Source of the DNA: Verrucomicrobiota bacterium
Lineage (GTDB): Bacteria; Verrucomicrobiota; Verrucomicrobiia; Limisphaerales; UBA11358
Reading direction: 5' to 3'
DNA length: 64,000 nt
NCBI GenBank assembly: GCA_036803685.1
Contig: DAIRTX010000001.1
Location: forward strand, 6,766 to 70,765
Every line of letters starts with the position of its first letter. The first letter of the stretch is position 1. The notes below the pieces were generated by a model that made no database searches, was not told where the DNA came from, and saw only the letters and a list, made by a program, of their open reading frames with translations. This document shows positions 61,406-64,000 of this stretch, piece after piece. A program made the translations under genes and the position numbers.

Positions 61406-64000
61406 ATGAAAAACACCAGACCGGCTTCTCAAAACAAGTTGCAAGCTCTAAAGTTCTCCACTCTTTTGGTGGCACTTCTGGTCTTGCTGTTTTGGCGAAG
61501 TTTTTTGCCTAACTTCGTCCATTTTTCGAACGACGGTCCTCTGGGGCAACTAAACGCTGATTGGGTGCGACTCCCTGCCGCTTTTACCGCAATTTGGGAT
61601 GATTTGAATGATATCGGCAGTAGTGGTGGGGCTTTTCCGCCAGATTTTAATGCATTATCTCAATGGTTGCTCGGCCCCACCGGCTACGCAAAATTCTTTG
61701 CGCCCATCGCTTTGTTTTTTTTGGGATTCAGCGCGTGGTGTTTTTTTAGGCAGTTGAAATTTTCGCCATTGGCGGCGACGCTGGGCGCATTGGCCGCCGC
61801 CTTGAATTCCGCCTTTTTTACCACTGCATGTTGGGGCGTGGGCGGCCAGTTGGATGCTTTCAGCATGGACTTTCTTGCTTTGGCGCTGGTTGTATCCATC
61901 ACCTTGGAAACGTCCGCGCTCATTCGCTGGATCCGGCTGGCCCTAGCGGGGCTACTCGTCGGAATCAACGTGATGGAGGCCGCGGACATCGGCGCCATCT
62001 TCAGCCTGTTTGTCGCGGCCTTCGTGATTTATTTGGCGTTTGTCGGCGAATTGGCGTGGACACGAGTTGAACGCATCGTGGTATGGATTGTTGCTAATTT
62101 GGGTTTTGTTCTGTTGTTGTTTGTTATTTTGTTCGCAGGATACGGAACTAATTATTATTTACGCGGGAAACTGTTGATTCCTTTGCTGGTGGTCCCCGCT
62201 TGCGTTTGGAATTGGGCGATGGCCACGCGTTACACGCTGGCAAATCGGCTAGCGCATAGCATAGCGCGTGTCGGCGTTGTCGCTATTTTTGCCGGGTTTA
62301 TCGCCACGCAAACCGTCGTGGCGCTCGTCGGCTCGCAAATCACCGGCATCGCCGGCACCGGACAGGACGCGGAAACCAAAGTTCGCAACTGGGACTGGGC
62401 CACACAATGGAGCCTGCCAAAAATTGAAGCGCTCGGGCTGTTTATCCCCGGCCTGTTCGGCTATCGGATGGACACGCCAAAAAACATGATGGACTTTTCT
62501 CAAGACGCCTACAAAGGCGGCAATTATTGGGGCGGTGTCGGACGCGATCCGGTAATTGACCGCTTTTTTGCAAGCGGGAAAGAAGATTCCCCACCGCCCG
62601 GAATGATGCGCTTCACTGGCGGCGGCAATTATGCCGGGGTGCTGGTGACACTGGTGGCGTTGTGGGCGATTGCGCAATCGTTGCGACGACAAAATCCGGC
62701 ATTCACCGAAACGCAACGGCGGTTCATTTGGTTTTGGTCGGTGATACTGATTGTGTCGCTGTTGCTGGCCCTTGGCCGCTTCGCGCCCTTCTACAAATTG
62801 CTCTATATGCTGCCGTATGTCTCGACGATGCGGAATCCAAGCAAGTTCATGGCGGTTTTTTCGTGGGCGCTGGTCATTCTGTTTGCTTACGGCATCCATG
62901 GTTTGAGCCGGCGTTATTTGGAAATTTCGGCGGCTAATTCCACTTCGCCGCTGGCGCAATTCAAAAATTGGCGGATGAAAGCACGCGGCTTTGATCGAAA
63001 TTGGACGTTGGTCTGTGTCCTGGCTGTTATCGGCAGCGTGCTCGGGTGGCTGATTTACGCAATGGAGAAGCCGGGCCTTGTCCGTTACCTGCAGAAGGTC
63101 GGGTTTCCCGACGAAGGCATGGCCAAAGACATCGCCGCGTTCAGCCTCGGGCAGGTCGGCTGGTTCATCATGCTCTTCGCGCTGGCGGTCGGACTTTGCA
63201 CGCTCATCATTGCGGGAGTTTTTGCGGGGCGACGTGCAAAATTAGGCGGCTTTTTGCTCGGGGCGCTGCTCGTCATGGATTTGGGCCGGGCGAATCTGCC
63301 CTATATCATTCACTTGGATTACAAACAAAAATACGAGATTGGCTCGCTCAACCCCATTGTTGATTTCCTGCGCAACAAACCCTACGAATATCGTGTCGCC
63401 GACCTGCCGTTTGACACCCAGCAACGATTGAAATTCTACGACAATTATTTCGGCGGCAACGGGCTTTATCGCATTGAATGGGCCCAACACCATTTTCCCT
63501 ATTATAACATCCAATCGCTCGACAAAATTCAAATGCCGCGTATGCCGGCGGATTTGGAGGCTTACGAAATGGTCTTGATGCCCCGTTCGGAAAATACCTA
63601 TTCCCTCATGGCTCGTCGTTGGGAATTGACCAACACCCGCTATCTGCTCGGCGTGGCGGGTTTCTTGGGCATTTTGAACGAGCAACTCGACCCGGTGCAA
63701 CACCGTTTCCGTATCGCCCAACGCTTTGACGTGATACCCAAACCCGGCATCACCCAACCAACGGGACTGGAGGAACTCACCGCCATGCCCAGCGACGACG
63801 GCGATCTGGCTCTCATTGAGTTCACCGGGGCTTTGCCCCGTGCCAGGCTTTATTCCAACTGGCAGGTCAGCACGAATGACACCGCCACGCTGCAAACGCT
63901 GACGAATACAAATTTTGATCCGTGGCAAACCGTTTTGGTTTCCACGCCGTTGCCGACTGCGCCGGCCGCGGACGCGACCAATCAAAACGTTGGCTCGGTT
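61406..64000 (+). CDS. Large polytopic membrane protein, YfhO-like / GT-C-type candidate glycosyltransferase (5' 865 codons; continues beyond the window)
   Basis: I translated 61406-64000 codon by codon: 865 sense codons and no stop. There are many TM helices. FIPGLFGYRMD...YWGG...GGGNYAGVLVTLVALWAI and the C-terminal ...ARLYSNWQVSTNDTATLQTLTNTNFDPWQTVLV resemble the YfhO family. Absent from the ORF track because it has no in-window stop. Confidence 0.85.
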   Translation, partial: MKNTRPASQNKLQALKFSTLLVALLVLLFWRSFLPNFVHFSNDGPLGQLNADWVRLPAAFTAIWDDLNDIGSSGGAFPPDFNALSQWLLGPTGYAKFFAPIALFFLGFSAWCFFRQLKFSPLAATLGALAAALNSAFFTTACWGVGGQLDAFSMDFLALALVVSITLETSALIRWIRLALAGLLVGINVMEAADIGAIFSLFVAAFVIYLAFVGELAWTRVERIVVWIVANLGFVLLLFVILFAGYGTNYYLRGKLLIPLLVVPACVWNWAMATRYTLANRLAHSIARVGVVAIFAGFIATQTVVALVGSQITGIAGTGQDAETKVRNWDWATQWSLPKIEALGLFIPGLFGYRMDTPKNMMDFSQDAYKGGNYWGGVGRDPVIDRFFASGKEDSPPPGMMRFTGGGNYAGVLVTLVALWAIAQSLRRQNPAFTETQRRFIWFWSVILIVSLLLALGRFAPFYKLLYMLPYVSTMRNPSKFMAVFSWALVILFAYGIHGLSRRYLEISAANSTSPLAQFKNWRMKARGFDRNWTLVCVLAVIGSVLGWLIYAMEKPGLVRYLQKVGFPDEGMAKDIAAFSLGQVGWFIMLFALAVGLCTLIIAGVFAGRRAKLGGFLLGALLVMDLGRANLPYIIHLDYKQKYEIGSLNPIVDFLRNKPYEYRVADLPFDTQQRLKFYDNYFGGNGLYRIEWAQHHFPYYNIQSLDKIQMPRMPADLEAYEMVLMPRSENTYSLMARRWELTNTRYLLGVAGFLGILNEQLDPVQHRFRIAQRFDVIPKPGITQPTGLEELTAMPSDDGDLALIEFTGALPRARLYSNWQVSTNDTATLQTLTNTNFDPWQTVLVSTPLPTAPAADATNQNVGSV

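Noticed and set aside
1-64000. Transposase, integrase, prophage, toxin-antitoxin or known defence-system genes; tRNA/rRNA genes.
   Set aside because: No ORF showed DDE/recombinase, phage-structural, nuclease-NTPase or reverse-transcriptase hallmarks. I saw no cloverleaf-like or rRNA-like sequence in the intergenic regions. This is by eye only, so a tRNAscan or Rfam scan is still advisable.

Overview
GC-rich bacterial chromosomal segment. Its gene content and small-repeat families resemble PVC-group (Verrucomicrobiota-like) genomes, but that placement is inference only.

Left half (1-36 kb), envelope and housekeeping genes:
- a DUF2851 gene;
- a tightly coupled five-gene operon: ABC ATPase, ABC-2 permease, GldG-like, DUF4340, AsmA/TamB-like;
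- a compact T2SS-like operon (GspE/PilB ATPase, GspL-like PilM-PilN fusion, PilO/GspM-like, GspD secretin) followed by a secreted MAM/Ig-repeat protein;
- purU, hisI and trpE;
- an nfeD-SPFH operon with an unlisted 36-aa Cys-rich ORF, a membrane/TPR-like protein and an FmdB-type zinc ribbon;
- a second GspE-like ATPase carrying an MshEN-type c-di-GMP motif, with a TPR/T2SSE_N partner;
- a 1531-aa GH13 + amylo-alpha-1,6-glucosidase fusion.

Right half (36-64 kb), a roughly 28-kb surface-glycan island:
- hldC plus a GT9 heptosyltransferase;
- a GDP-heptose-type operon (gmhA, gmhB, GHMP kinase, nucleotidyltransferase) with transaldolase, DUF4288, oxidoreductases and a UGDH-family protein lacking the catalytic Cys;
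- epimerases, a frameshifted flippase, GT2 and GT4;
- a more AT-rich CDP-hexose block (rfbF, rfbG-like, C-methyltransferase, three class I SAM O/N-methyltransferases plus a TylF-type O-methyltransferase, GT8-like genes);
- a >865-codon YfhO-like membrane ORF that runs off the window and is absent from the ORF track.

Most interesting signals:
1. REP/RPE-like palindromic elements inserted in frame in trpE and the debranching-enzyme gene.
2. A recombination mosaic of GT8-like gene copies: 471 bp at 459/471 identity with a 308-bp perfect core, plus remnants.
3. A G8 tract that would act as an on/off switch in a glycan methyltransferase.
4. The ABC-2/GldG/DUF4340/AsmA-like operon as a possible energised trans-envelope export system.
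5. A CDP-linked C-methyl branched deoxysugar pathway.

I recognised no CRISPR array, tRNA/rRNA gene, transposase or integrase.
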